Source of the DNA: Massalongia carnosa
Lineage: Eukaryota
Direction of reading: 5' to 3'
Assembly: GCA_965645245.1 (NCBI GenBank)
Contig: OZ287071.1
Coordinates: 930,001-994,000, forward strand
Length of the DNA stretch: 64,000 nt
Under the pieces are notes generated by a model. That model was not told where the DNA came from. It saw only the letters and a program-made list of their open reading frames with translations, and did not search any database. Both the position numbers and the translations under genes were made by a program. This document shows, one piece after another, positions 26,291-38,336 of the stretch. Position 1 is the first letter of the stretch, and every line of letters begins with the position of its first letter.

Positions 26291-28646
26291 TTAATCAACA
26301 AACATACCGCCTGAGGGTTCCAGCGTACTTGCTGGAAGGGTGAGGCTTTCAGGTGCTTCACTGGTTTCGTTTGCGAGTCCAAGTTCAACATCCTTTTCAT
26401 GATCGTCAAGGGGTACCGTTTCACTTATGTAATGTCGATTGTACTTCATCGAGCTCTCACCCAGGCGAGCGAGGCCTTCCATATAAAGGTTAACTGTCGG
26501 ATTCATCGAAAATCGATTCCCATTGACCTCCACGAGCGACTTAGAGGCCAGTTGCAAAGCCATACTCCATATGTCCTCGGCGGCGGATTTCGCGGAATGT
26601 TTTGAAGAATTAGCCCTTCCGAACATAAATTCGACCGCGGCTTTAACTTCCAGTAAATAAGGCCCGTTCATTGCCCAGTCTTCCAGTAATTTATCGCTAT
26701 TCTTCGAAAAAAAAGATCGTTCTCGCTGAAATGTCTTAAGATTATTGTTTAATAATTCCAAAAGCCGATCGGTTTCATAATTTGAATCCTCATTGCCTCG
26801 TAGATTGACTAAACTGTTAGCCAAAATTGCATCTTGCAGCTCCAGGGTCGCAGCCGGTGAATCGGTCATGTGAAGAACCCGTAGCAACACCTGCGCGTAA
26901 TTGGGAGTTCCAGCCGACTCTGCTTGAAACATCATCATCACCTGACGCAGGGCCCGTCGAAGCAGTCCAATATCCGCATGTTTGATGGCATATCGAAGAG
27001 TCAAATACAGTTCCACATGGGCGCAAAAATTCTGATGATTACGAAATTCTTGATCGAGCGCTGGCGGTTCGGCATCAGCTGTCGTCGACGGAGGCGGCGC
27101 GTGGATTTGATCATTTATTCGAGTCAGGGCATTCATCTATGACCTTGACACGCTGAAACACTGTGCCTCAAACCAATGTATGGTATCTTAATTCGTGTGA
27201 ATGAACATTTCTCACGTCGGGCGAGCCGAATCCACGTGCCAACGATGCGAGCTTGATACTGTGAATGATCAAATCCTCCAGCGCCTGAAAGTCGTTTGGT
27301 TGGACTACCCGAGAATGGCCCCATCGATCGGCGGCGTACTGAAGTGTGGAGGGGTCGGCAGGTCGGGCCTGACCCCAATGTATGCTAGGAAATTTGAAGT
27401 CGCTGAATTTAGCGTTGTAAAGGGCTTGAATTGCCGACTCAACATGATGAATTTGAATATTGATACACATTTCATCAGTTTCAAGTAAACAGTTTGAAAG
27501 AATGGTCGATGCTTACCTGCGCATCTATGTTGTCTGGTTTTAATCTTAATGCGAGTTCCATGGCGGACAAAGGATAATTATCAGGTTGCCACATATCCTG
27601 TCTCAAGGTCGTTGCCCCAAGGCCCTGTCCTTCAAACATTAAGGCGGTCGTAATTGATCGAAACTCTCTTACGTCACCGATTCTCTCGCCTCTTCGACCT
27701 TCCGCATAATCAAAATTATCATAGGTTACAACTGTAGTTGAAGCCCGCCCTATCGTCCTTACCTTTCGCGCCGCTTCGTCGCTTAAGGTTGACATGCGCC
27801 GTTGAAGGGTGGGATACGACATTGTCAAGCCAAGTTGACATAAAGTATCCAGAACCCTGCGCCTGGCGCCACCCTGATAGATATAAAGACCCATGATGCT
27901 CTGAAAGTTTGTTGACGTATTGGGGCGCAACATGTGACAAAGAAGGGACAGTATAGTCAACTGCCGTCCGGCCGGAATAGCGCGCTGAGAATAAGTGGAC
28001 TCGTCTCGGTGAACATCGCAACAGGCGCGCTGAATGAGATCTATCCATCGTGGCGCCTTACTCGTGATAACCGCCGCGGCGCCCTTGAAGCTATTTAAGG
28101 TGCCCAGCTCGTCGGTCTCCGAAGGCGGGTGAAAAACCCCAAAGGCGGCCGTAGCAATCAGTGCATTGAGCTCCGCTCGAAGGGCCTGCACGACCCAAGT
28201 CCAACCCTGTTCATGAAGAATGGCTGCTGCTCGATCCTTCCCAATAAGCTCACCTAGTCCTTCGTCTTTCATCATTTCAACATAGGCGAAATCCATAAAT
28301 TGAGCCTGTCCAGCCCGCATGCGGTGACGCCCTCGATATTTTAGCAATGTAGAGAGAAAATCCTTGATTGTCCATTTCAGGTTCCGAATATGCTCCATCA
28401 ACTCAAGAAGTTTACCCCAATCATCCAAACGACGTCGTGATCGTCCTCGTCGTTTTCGGCGTTCCTTAGATCGCCTTGAGGACGACGCACGGAGGAAGGA
28501 ATCAGAATAATCATGACCGCTGGAAGTTGATTGAGGGCGCCTTAAAGGAGTTTGGCTTTCTGGCAGTGAAGGGTTGAAACTCTCGAGGTCAGGGGACTTG
28601 TCAAATGGTCGGTGGGCGAGGAGGCGCTGGCTTCGGGTGAGGCCAT
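26291..28646 (-). pseudogene. DUF6589-like putative DDE transposase (Academ/Dada-type), frameshifted, central part missing
   Basis: FQSIMGLYIYQGGARRRVLDTLCQLGLTMSY, VVTYDNFDY, LRYAIKHADIG, NYAQVLL, AILANSLVNLRG...YETDRLLELLNNNLK. One GTAAGC intron near 27516. The expected GDQ/GxxH segment is not seen. Confidence 0.65.
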
Positions 28647-28854
28647 GATGAAGTCAATGTTTTTTTTTGCGCAGGGATCGCTCGATGAAGGCAAACTTCT
28701 GTGGACAGGTGACCTTTCCTTTGTTTACATACGTTGTACCTATCTACTCCGTACAACTGCAGGGTATAGCCATGTAAGTTTATGCTGCGCTAGGTCGATC
28801 CGCGCCGCGCGGCTCCATTAACACAAGAGACTAGCTCAAAAACAGGCACGCTAA

Positions 28855-30323
28855 CTAAACAGGCTTGACGCAGGCATAATTATTTACGAAAAAACTATCC
28901 TCTCCAAACATCAATCTCTCCGCCATTTTCACTCTTCCATACGCGGCCTTGAAACTGCGCAAAGCGTTCAACCTATGGTTCTGTATTGCCTCTTGCTAAC
29001 TTGCGATCTTCTCCCAGTATTACGTTTGCCTGCGCTTGAACGACAGGGTCCTCCCAGCTTGTCCGACAGACGAGCGCGTGACTGATAGGAGAATCAAGCC
29101 AGAGCTGAGTGGATGGTGGAAACTTATGGGATAGGCCCGCGTCAGACGGTTCTGCCTTGGTACGTCGGCGTGCAAGAAGAGGGCGAGACGCTGGACAATG
29201 TCGAGTCCGATAAATGGAGTGACCTCGCAAGGGCGCATGCTAGTCAAACAGCACCCAGAGTCACTCCTTCAGGACTCACGAATCGATTTGGGCCGTTTCC
29301 TTTGTTTGGAGTCGAACCATGAAGGATTTCTGGCTTCGTGACTCTCACGTCTCCTCTTTTGCAGGGAACAGGAATAAAGTCTCCAAACCGAGCGGCATCC
29401 TCTTTGATCCATATTTTTTCAAGGCCATGTACGTGTCCATCCGGGACCTCTCCACGAGCGCACATGTTATTCCACCACTGGGCAATGTGTAGATGAAAAC
29501 CAGGGACTATTTTAGTGCACCCCTCGGCGGTCTCATCATCAAGCGACACCGAACCTTGAATGATGTTGCCCCCATGACCATTATCCAGATATTTTGGTAC
29601 GTTAACATCAATATGGCGAAAAAAAGTTGGATCTCCCTCCCGTGTATACTTCGCGTAATACGGATATGATACCAATCGAATATTGCGATCGGGACGGAGG
29701 CACGCGTACAGTGCCCAGTATTCGATGTCTTGACGGATCAACTGTTGGGTTAAAGAGTAATACATAGTTCGTAACCATCCACGATTCGACTGACCATTCC
29801 TCTCCCGCTGATGCCACTGATAAATGTCGAACTCTTCGAGTATCAGATCTCAGATTCCGGTCTCTACTTCGTCTTTGGATTTTATCCCTTTCCACAACCA
29901 ATCAAACATGTCTTTAACAATTAGATTTCCATCTTTCATCCAGAGATCCCAAGCGAACTCTCCTCCAATCTCGTCGACTATGATTTTGGCTTGCTCCTCA
30001 TTGAGCCCTCTTATCAGAGATGATCTCGTTGCTCGTTTGTAATAGACGCCAAGAGCATCATCATCAACCCTCGGTCTAGCACATAAACGAAACCAGAAGC
30101 TTGTCTCCCGTCCTGTTTTCAGATCATCGAGGTTGGAACGATGATGATGACAAGACTTGAGCCTCTGCCTTAACTATTCTGCATTCAAATTATTGACTTG
30201 AAGACCGAAATGTCCGCCTATAGCTAGAAGATGACGATAGCAGACGTGAGTTAACTCCTCTCTGTGGATAACTGCAGACATTGTTTTTCTAAGAGTGCCT
30301 AGATACTCTGCGTCACCTTTCAT
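28855..30323 (-). pseudogene. 2OG-Fe(II) dioxygenase (PhyH-like fold) cargo gene with stops, frameshifts and an internal inversion
   Basis: EEFDIYQWH...GWLRTMYYS...FFRHIDVN (HxD), IQGSVSLDD, IVPGFH, GDVRVTKPEILHGST (distal His). The next residues RQTVLPWY lie on the opposite strand (29134-29294). C-terminus ...ERLMFGEDSFF. Confidence 0.7.
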
Positions 30324-31217
30324 TCCTGCCGCTGAGGCAGTCTTTTACAATCCGGCCTTCCTTTGAAGAATTTAAGTGTGAAGGATTTAGCTTCAAGATA
30401 GACTACAAAGCCGAGGTCCAGCTCCCGGCTGGCGATCCAGAAGACCCGACAGATTTTTCAGGTTCTAGCAAACGCGGCAAAGCTGCAAAAACCTCCAAGG
30501 ACATCAAGACCCCGAAGGCCGCCAAAATCAAAAGCGCCAAATCCAACCTTGGACCGGTAGAGGCGGCCAATAAATCAGCGAAAAAGGCAGCCAAAGGAAG
30601 AAAGAGGTATAGACCACATGTCATGTGGCAAATCCGCGCAGTGCGGCTTTGCCGTGGATAGTCTAGCTATAGAGATGCACTAGCTAATTATGAATCAATG
30701 ACCGACTGCAACCGACTTTCTCTTACTATTTTTCGTGACCCAAATCGATGTCCATTGTAGACTGAGACCCGGGCTTTTTGTCCAGCTTGCATCGAGTTTA
30801 AAAAGCATGCTCGCCATCCCTTGATGTCGTTCTTTAGTGCACATATTCGACCGCGAGGTTCCAAAACATAAAAATAACACATATAAAAAACGGCGGTATG
30901 GTATAACATGATTGAGTTGATATTTTACAATCAATCGGGTAAGGCCGCTCGATAATTAAGTATTATTTCATTTATTAAGCAAACCTGCCCGTATTATTGA
31001 GTTTTGTCCTCAGACGTGTAAGCACAGCGAACTTAGTAAGCAAAGCCTAACTTTAAAGGATTAGGCATATAAGCTAAATAAGTTAGCGCCGAGTTAACCG
31101 AAAGAGGTTAGTGCAGGTGAAAGCTGTGCCACAACACGTCTGAGGTACTGAGGCAAGTTTTTACTTGATTGTAGATGACCCCAAGGCGATACATACATGA
31201 TTATATCATCTACTATT

Positions 31218-32096
31218 GATGATGATGATGATGTATTCATACTCCGATATGTCACCGGCCGTAGGCCGGCCCATGCGGGCAAAGCTATCTAATTTATGTT
31301 ACATGGAAAACCTTTTGCAGGTGTAAAAACCATATCCCTTGATATCTGTCCGATGTGATACCGGGTCGATGTCGGACAGGAGACGCAGAGCGAAAATATT
31401 GTGAGAAGTGTGACGCCTTGTGAGATGGGAAGGAAAAGAGAAGTGAAACTACTGTTCATTGTACAATAGTGTAGATGCCAGTGAGAATTGGGTCAGTAGA
31501 CCTGTTTTCATTAGCCAAGCAGTTAATATCTTTAGAGTTTTTGATGTTTCGGTTAGCTGTTGATAGTTGTTCGTGCCAGCGGCGCGAAACATCTATTCTC
31601 TATTGTCAATAAGTCTACAGAACATAATTACGTGTTCTGGAGTTTGTCTGTGCCAGCCACATGGGCAGGCCAGTGAGGTGACGGCGGGGACCCGTCGCTG
31701 GTAGAGGAAGTCAGCTAGACCGATCTTGCCGGTGCGGATCTGTGTTGTCAGGGCGCTTTCTGCCTTTTTTAGCAGCGTGTGTACTTTCAGTCGTTTTTTG
31801 CTCAGTGGGACTGATTGCGCTATAGAGGGTTCGGTGAGGCGATTTTGATATGCGCTCCACGAGTCGTTCCAGACTTTCAGCTGTCGTGCTTTAATTGTCT
31901 GCATTTGTTTTTGACGAGCTAACGCTGCTACGGAGACTTCGCGGAGATGCGCTGAGGGGGTGTCGGACCATGGTGGGTGTGCTTTGGGTGGTTGAACGAT
32001 TTTTGCGTTGATCAGTAGGTTTTTGGCCCAGTTGTGCTTCAGCTCTCCCGGAGTGGATTTTTGAAAGTGTTTGCGACCTGCTTGCCTCGGAGTTTG
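31218..32096 (-). mobile_element. 5'-truncated Tad1-like LINE (ORF2 C-terminus + 3' UTR)
   Basis: KAESALTTQIRTGKIGLADFLYQRRVP...CPCGWHRQTPEHVIMFC and an (ATC)n tail. 13-bp TSD ATCATCTACTATT at 31205-31217 and 32097-32109. Confidence 0.9.
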
Positions 32097-32138
32097 ATCA
32101 TCTACTATTAGTTTGACAGAAATTCTTAAATCAAAATT

Positions 32139-33407
32139 ATGGGAAACATCAAAGGCCCCGTCCACGAGCAGTTCACCACCGAAGCCAATGAGCTAGGTGC
32201 CTTTAAAACCACCCGCGTACGATGCAAACACTGCGGCCATTTCCTCGTTGAGCAAGCAAATAGAATGACAAATCATCTCGAGAAATGTCTTCCGTATAGG
32301 CAGTCTTTAGCAAGAAAAAACAAGACTACGGATATCAGCGCAAACGTTCATAAGTGTGGACCGATCGAGCAACAGAGGTTGGACAAGCTGGCAGGCATGG
32401 CAATCTTGGCTGAACGACTTCCATTCAGTACTCTTGATAAATGGATCAAGCCTGATTTGTGGGAATTCATTCATGCATTGAACACAGCATATAAAGTTCC
32501 TAATCGTCATCGTGTTGCTGAGGAACTACTTCCTCAATGTTATAATCAGGTATCGTCAGATGTCAAAGAGCTTCTAGGAGATGTTCAGTTCCTCAATTTT
32601 GTCTGTGATGAGTCCGATGATAAAGCACGTCGTCGCATAGCAAATCTATTAGTAAACACTCCTCAGCAAGGTGCATTCTTCTTACGGAACTTTCATACAA
32701 AAGACAAAAATCAAACAGCGTCCTTCTTGACTTCTCTTATTATTCCGGAAATTATCGAGGCTTGCAATAATGATCTCAGTCGCTTCAATAGTTTAGCTAC
32801 TGATACTTGTGCAGTCATGAGAGTCATGCATCACTTGATGAAACAAGACCCACGATTTTCTCATGTGTTCTTTGTACTTTGCGACTCTCATGAAATTCAA
32901 CTATTGATTAAACAGATTCTTGAATTATTATACTATGCAAAATTGATAAAAAATGCGCAAATTATTGTTGCTGGATTTGCTCATAGCAGATTGCAATTGA
33001 GTATTCTTTGAGAGCATCAGCAATCTTTGTACAATGAAAAGATCATGTCTTTAATTATTTCGGTTATTACACGATGGGGAACGCAATATGACCTCTTTAA
33101 ATCCTTGCTTCGATTTAAGGATGCACTGAGAGCTTATGCGGCGGACACTCGTGCTTCTCTTATGTTCAGTAAAAAGACATCTTCTATTGGCTATTTGATA
33201 ATTTGTTTTGACAAGCTATCAGGGAAATCTTGCGTCTCATTCATGAAGCCCAAAAACCATCTGAGTCAGACGGATCACACTTGGGTCATGTAATCAAACG
33301 ATGATTTGACATTAAAGGAGCACTCACACGCTTGAAGGATCGACTCGGCAATCCTTTCTTTAGTTTGGAGGAAGTATGCAGATTCGATGATATATGAGAC
33401 GATCTCT
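32139..33407 (+). pseudogene. hAT transposase, N-terminal part (BED zinc finger, DDE core)
   Basis: RVRCKHC...RMTNHLEKC, NFVCDES, LATDTCAVM, LCDSHEIQL (CxxH), VITRWGT. In-frame stops; interrupted by the LINE. Confidence 0.88.
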
Positions 33408-33418
33408 GAGTGGACGCG

Positions 33419-34882
33419 ATGAACATTCAACTCGAAAACACGTTCGTGCTCGCGCACGCGGAGCAGAGAGATCAACTGCTGTACAAGATAGGTGACTATC
33501 TGATAGGCATAGGAGACGGAGGGGAACCGGAGGGAACAGGGATTCTAGAGGAGGTGAGAATTTTTCTCGATAATCAGAGAAGCATCGACAACGACAACGA
33601 AAACATACCGAAGCCCATTTACGACACCCTGACTGAAATACAAAGAAGTCTAGCCCGTATCGAAAGTGCTAAGACAGCCACAACAACCACAAACAGCTAT
33701 TCCGCAGCCGCCACCAGAGGTCAAGCCTCCGAGGCCCCCCCGATTCCCCGCCGCACCAAGCCAATCACTTCTTCAAAACAAACCGAACCCTCACCACAAG
33801 AAGTTCGTCAGGCCAGAGCAATGACCGTAGTCATTTCCAGCGCAAGCGACAAGGAAAAAATAAAGAACATGCCCACAAAAGATCTCGTGGAGACACTACA
33901 AGCAGAAACGGAGGGGATTCGGGGAGTATCGCGACTCATCAGCGGAGATCTCAAAATTCACACTGAATCACTAGAAGTCAAAAAGACTCTACAAGAAAAG
34001 TCGGAATAGACCCGAAAAATAGCCGACTCAGCGGCGATTAAGACACGGACATACTCGGTCAGAGTAAATGGTGTCAAGATGGAACACATCAAAACCGCCA
34101 ACCAATCGCAGGTCATAGGGTACCTGCAGACCACTAACGCACGCCTGCACCCGGACCTGCAGATAAAGAAAATTGCCTGGTCCACCAGGGCTATAAGGGA
34201 AAAGAAGGCGCTACATATGGAAGTCGCCACCGCCGAAACGGCCAATCGGATTATAGCCGAGGGTCTCATAATCGACTATGAAATCAAAGACTGTGAAAGA
34301 TTCACAAAGGGATGCACCATGACGCAATGTTTTAATTGTCACAAATATGGTCATATAGTTCGATCATGTCCCAACCCCACCGCCTGCGGTCACTGTGCTG
34401 GGGCTCACCCTAGCACCGAATGCAACATGGAAACAACAGGTAGATATCGAAGATGTGCTGCATGCAGTGAAAAGGGACACGAAGCCTGGTCAACATCCTG
34501 CGAAATCAGGAAAGTCGAAAAACGCAAAGCAGAGAGGGCCATGCAAAAACGGGTCCCATTCTACCTAGTAGTCGCCCCCGTACCGGCCCCGTTCAGGTTC
34601 CAGAGCGAAAACATCAACCCGGTCCTTGGCAGCACAAACAGCAAAAAGAGGAAAACCGCACCCCCCTCCAATACCCCCCCGAATCCCCCACGAACGGGAA
34701 CATCCTGGGCTGACACAGGCATCATGAATCCAGAAAACATGACAAAGGCCCTTGCAAAACCAGTTGTAGGTAGACCCCCACTCAGACCCCGAGCTGTATC
34801 TACTGCCCCGGCGATAATCAGAGCAAACAACACCACCAACGACCCCTCGACCTCCCAGGCCGAATCAATGGACGTCCTATGA
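33419..34882 (+). pseudogene. LINE ORF1 (gag-like, three zinc knuckles)
   Basis: QCFNCHKYGHIVRSC, CGHCAGAHPSTEC, CAACSEKGHEAWSTSC. Premature TAG at 34007-34009. Confidence 0.88.
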
Positions 34883-35077
34883 GGGACACGAAATCTCTCT
34901 CCATATTGCAGTACAATGTCAGAAATGACAGAGTGAGTACAATGTTACCCCTCTTAGCCGATCCGAACACTCAGGACGTCCTATGAGGGACACGAAATCT
35001 CTCTCCATATTGCAGTACAATGTCAGAAATGACAGAGTGAGTACAATGTTACCCCTCTTAGCCGATCCGAACACTCA
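34870..35077 (+). repeat. Exact 104-bp tandem duplication at the LINE ORF1/ORF2 junction
   Basis: GGACGTCCTATGAGGGACACG...CCGAACACTCA at 34870-34973 and again at 34974-35077. Confidence 0.92.
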
Positions 35078-38000
35078 AGACTATGACATTATCGCAATTC
35101 AGGAACCCTGGCGCAATCCATCTATTCCTACCACGTTAAGCTCTCATCAAAGTGGGTTCATTTATTATATCGCCCAAATGGAGACACCAGAGTGTGTTTC
35201 TACATAAATGATACTATTGACCCTGATAGCTGGGAAGTAGAGTATCCGTCGGCCGACATGTGCACCCTAAAAATTCGAATGAAAATTGGAAACACATCAG
35301 ACGTGATCCACATCCACAATGTGTATAATCCCTCTCCCATTTCCTATTCTTCTATAGACAGTCCGTCCACGCTAGCAACAGTGAAACGCCAATTAATTGC
35401 AGAGACAAAACACATTTTACTGGGCGACTTCAACCTACATCATCCATTGTGGAATCATTCGTCGAGGCCTACTCAACATGCGGAGTCGGAACAATTACTG
35501 AACATAATTGAAGAGGCAAATCTATCACTAACACTTCCAAAAGGCACCATTACATGGGAGGCTAGACAATCGTCTAGCACAATCGATCTTGTATTCATGT
35601 CAGAAGAATTAACGGATAGACTAGAACATTGCATGTCAAGACCGGAACTCAATCAGTCGTCCGATCACATTCCGATCTCCACCCGAATTGCGCTGAACAG
35701 TGAGGTTCAAACAATCAGAGAACGCAGGGCCTGGAAACTGACGAACATGAGAAAACTGAGAGAAGCGGAAAAGAGGGCGCCCACCCGAAGACCCCCCGAT
35801 CCCCCGCCGAAATCGATGCTTACACCGTGTCAATTCAAAAATTTCTTCAAGAAGTGATAGAAACCTCTGTACCTTGGGCTAGACCCAGTAAGTACGCCAA
35901 ACCCTTTTGGAATGATGAATGCAGTGTGATCACGAAAGAAACTCGTAGGCTCAGACGTGTCTGGTCCAATTCCAGAGACATTTCTGATTGGATAACATAC
36001 ACAAAATCCAATCACAGAAAACAAAAATCATTCAAAAGGCTAAAAGACTGTCGTTCCGCAAGGAAATAGAAAAAGCCACCGAATCGCCTACTGGTCTCTG
36101 GCGACTAGCCAAATGGGCGAAAGACAAAAGTGACCAGACAAGAAAAATTCCGAAAATGCCCAATCTCGTTCGAGACAACCAAGTAGCAGAGACGTTCGAG
36201 GAGAAATCGGACATGCTAAAACAGAAATTCTTTCCACCCGCCCCTCCGGCCGACCTCAGCGACATAGAGGGTTCATTTTACCCCAGCCCGCCACAATGTC
36301 CAATGATCATAACCAAACTAGAGGTGATGGAAGCCATACGCCGACTCAAGCCCGATACGGCCCCGGGTCCGGACGGAATAGCCAACAGAATTGTAAAGGC
36401 ATGCTCGGAAAAGCTAGTCGAATTACTCACCCCACTGTTTCAAGCATGTGTAGAACAAGCATATCATCCTCGTCCATTCAAAACCGCCAACAAAATCACG
36501 CTCAAGAAAACAGGCAAGGATGAATATTCGGCCCCGAACGCCTATCGACCCATAGCACTCCTAAACACGCTTGGAAAAGTAATGGAATCCATCATGTCAC
36601 AAAAAATAACCCATCTAGCGGAAACCCACCGACTCCTGCCCGACACCCAGATGGGCGCCAGATGAGGAAGATCAACCGAATCTGCACTAGAATTGTTGAC
36701 TGAACAAATTCATACAGTGTGGGGCCAAGGCACAGACAAAGTAGCCACATTATTGAGCATGGACGTAGCAGGAGCCTATGACACAGTGACACATCGAAGA
36801 CTGATTCACAATCTTCGCAAAAGGAAAATCCCAAAATGGATCACTGACTGGGTGAACAGTTTTCTGAATGAAAGAACCACTACCCTGGCGATTTACAGCC
36901 GAGTCACGGGCATATTCGATGTAAAAACCGGAATCCCACAAGGCTCCCCCATTTCTCCTATTCTTTATCTGTTCTACAATGCAGACCTACTAGACATATG
37001 TGAAAGACCAGGCAGCAATACGAGTGCTCTAGGCTTCGTAGATGACATCAATGTGCTAGCATACGGAAAAAGCACCGAAGAAAATTGCAAGACGCTAGAG
37101 GTAATTCATAAAAAATATGAAAAATGGGCAAGTCGACATGGTTCAGTCTTCGCTCCGAAGAAATACGAATTGATACATCTGTCAAGAAATCCGAAGAAAT
37201 TCAACATGTTCACTGTTATTCAAATAGGAAATAACATCATAAAACCAAAGACAGACATCAGAATTCTAGGACTTCAAATCGATTCAAAATTGAAATGGGG
37301 TGCTCACACAAGGAAAATCCAGGAAAAAATGACAAAACAATCCAGGGCATTGACAAAAATATCCACCTCCACATGGCGCGCCACTCTTCTAAAGGCACGC
37401 CAGGTTTACACCGCCGTAGTCCGGCCGGCCATGACGTACGGCTCCACCATTTGGCACATGCCAAAAGAAATTCAAAAATCAAACGTCATCTCAAACAAAC
37501 CGGCTGTCATAAAAACCAAATGTCTAAGAAACATAGCCGGAGCCTTCAAAGCAACGCCCATAGCTGTACTAGAAGCAGAGACATTTATAGCCTCAATTGG
37601 CATATATTTAGATCTACTACAGGCCCAGACCAGACAACGCCTGTGTCGAAATGGCCAAAAGAGTTTCATCACAAATGCTTGCAACAAAATAGCCAATAAA
37701 CTTCGAGGTCGGGCAGGACGCAAGAGGGCCCCAGTCATCACTCCAGGAACGCTGAAATACGCCTGGGCCAAGAGAATCACATCGGAGGCACATAACCCTC
37801 CAACACCGACACCAAATCCACCATGGGCCGAATCCCCCCCGAATCTCGCCCGAGAAATAGGGGAGGCACGCGCCGCTCATAACAAAATAACTGCTCAAAT
37901 AAAAAAACGACACACAGTTGCATGGCAGGCCTCGTGGAGATCATATCAGGAACGCACACCCGTTCCCACCCCGGCACAATCAGGTTCACTCTCCAAAAAA

Positions 38001-38336
38001 CGCATCAAATTGCACGAAACTCTAGCCAAAGCGGAGAGCGCGCTAGCCATTCAGATACGCTCAGAAAAGATAGGCCTAGCCGCCTTCCTATATAGACACC
38101 GAGTCCCAGACGTCTCGTCCCCGAACTGCTCATGCGGCTGGCACAAACAGACTGCAAAACATGTGATCATGTTGCAAACTCAACGACAACAGAAAAACTC
38201 TGCTAAATACGATAGGCACAAACAACTATCGATTAATCACCGAGTCATCTAAAGCAATGAAATTAGTCACAAAGTGGCTAATGAAGACAGATTTGTTGTC
38301 ACAATTTTCGCTGACAGCATAGCATCTATACTGCTA
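34983..38336 (+). pseudogene. LINE ORF2 (APE endonuclease + reverse transcriptase + zinc knuckle)
   Basis: LQYNV, IAIQEPW, LLGDFNLHHPLW, TIDL, SDHIPI; APGPDGI, YRPIALLNTLGK, GIPQGSPISP, FVDD; CSCGWHKQTAKHV. Several frameshifts and a TGA at 36663. Confidence 0.92.

Larger units (their letters stand above)
25258..31155. mobile_element. TIR DNA transposon, AcademH-like, internally deleted
   Basis: Perfect 18-bp TIR TGCCTCAGTACCTCAGAC (25258-25275 / 31138-31155), flanked by the direct repeat AGTTTTTACT (25248-25257 / 31156-31165). Encodes a RecQ-like helicase remnant and a convergent DUF6589-like transposase. Confidence 0.8.

Noticed and set aside
25258..31155. Starship or Helitron as the identity of the cargo-carrying element
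   Set aside because: No DUF3435 tyrosine-recombinase captain and no HUH Rep/PIF1 helicase motifs; it has TIRs, a TSD and an SF2 RecQ-like helicase.
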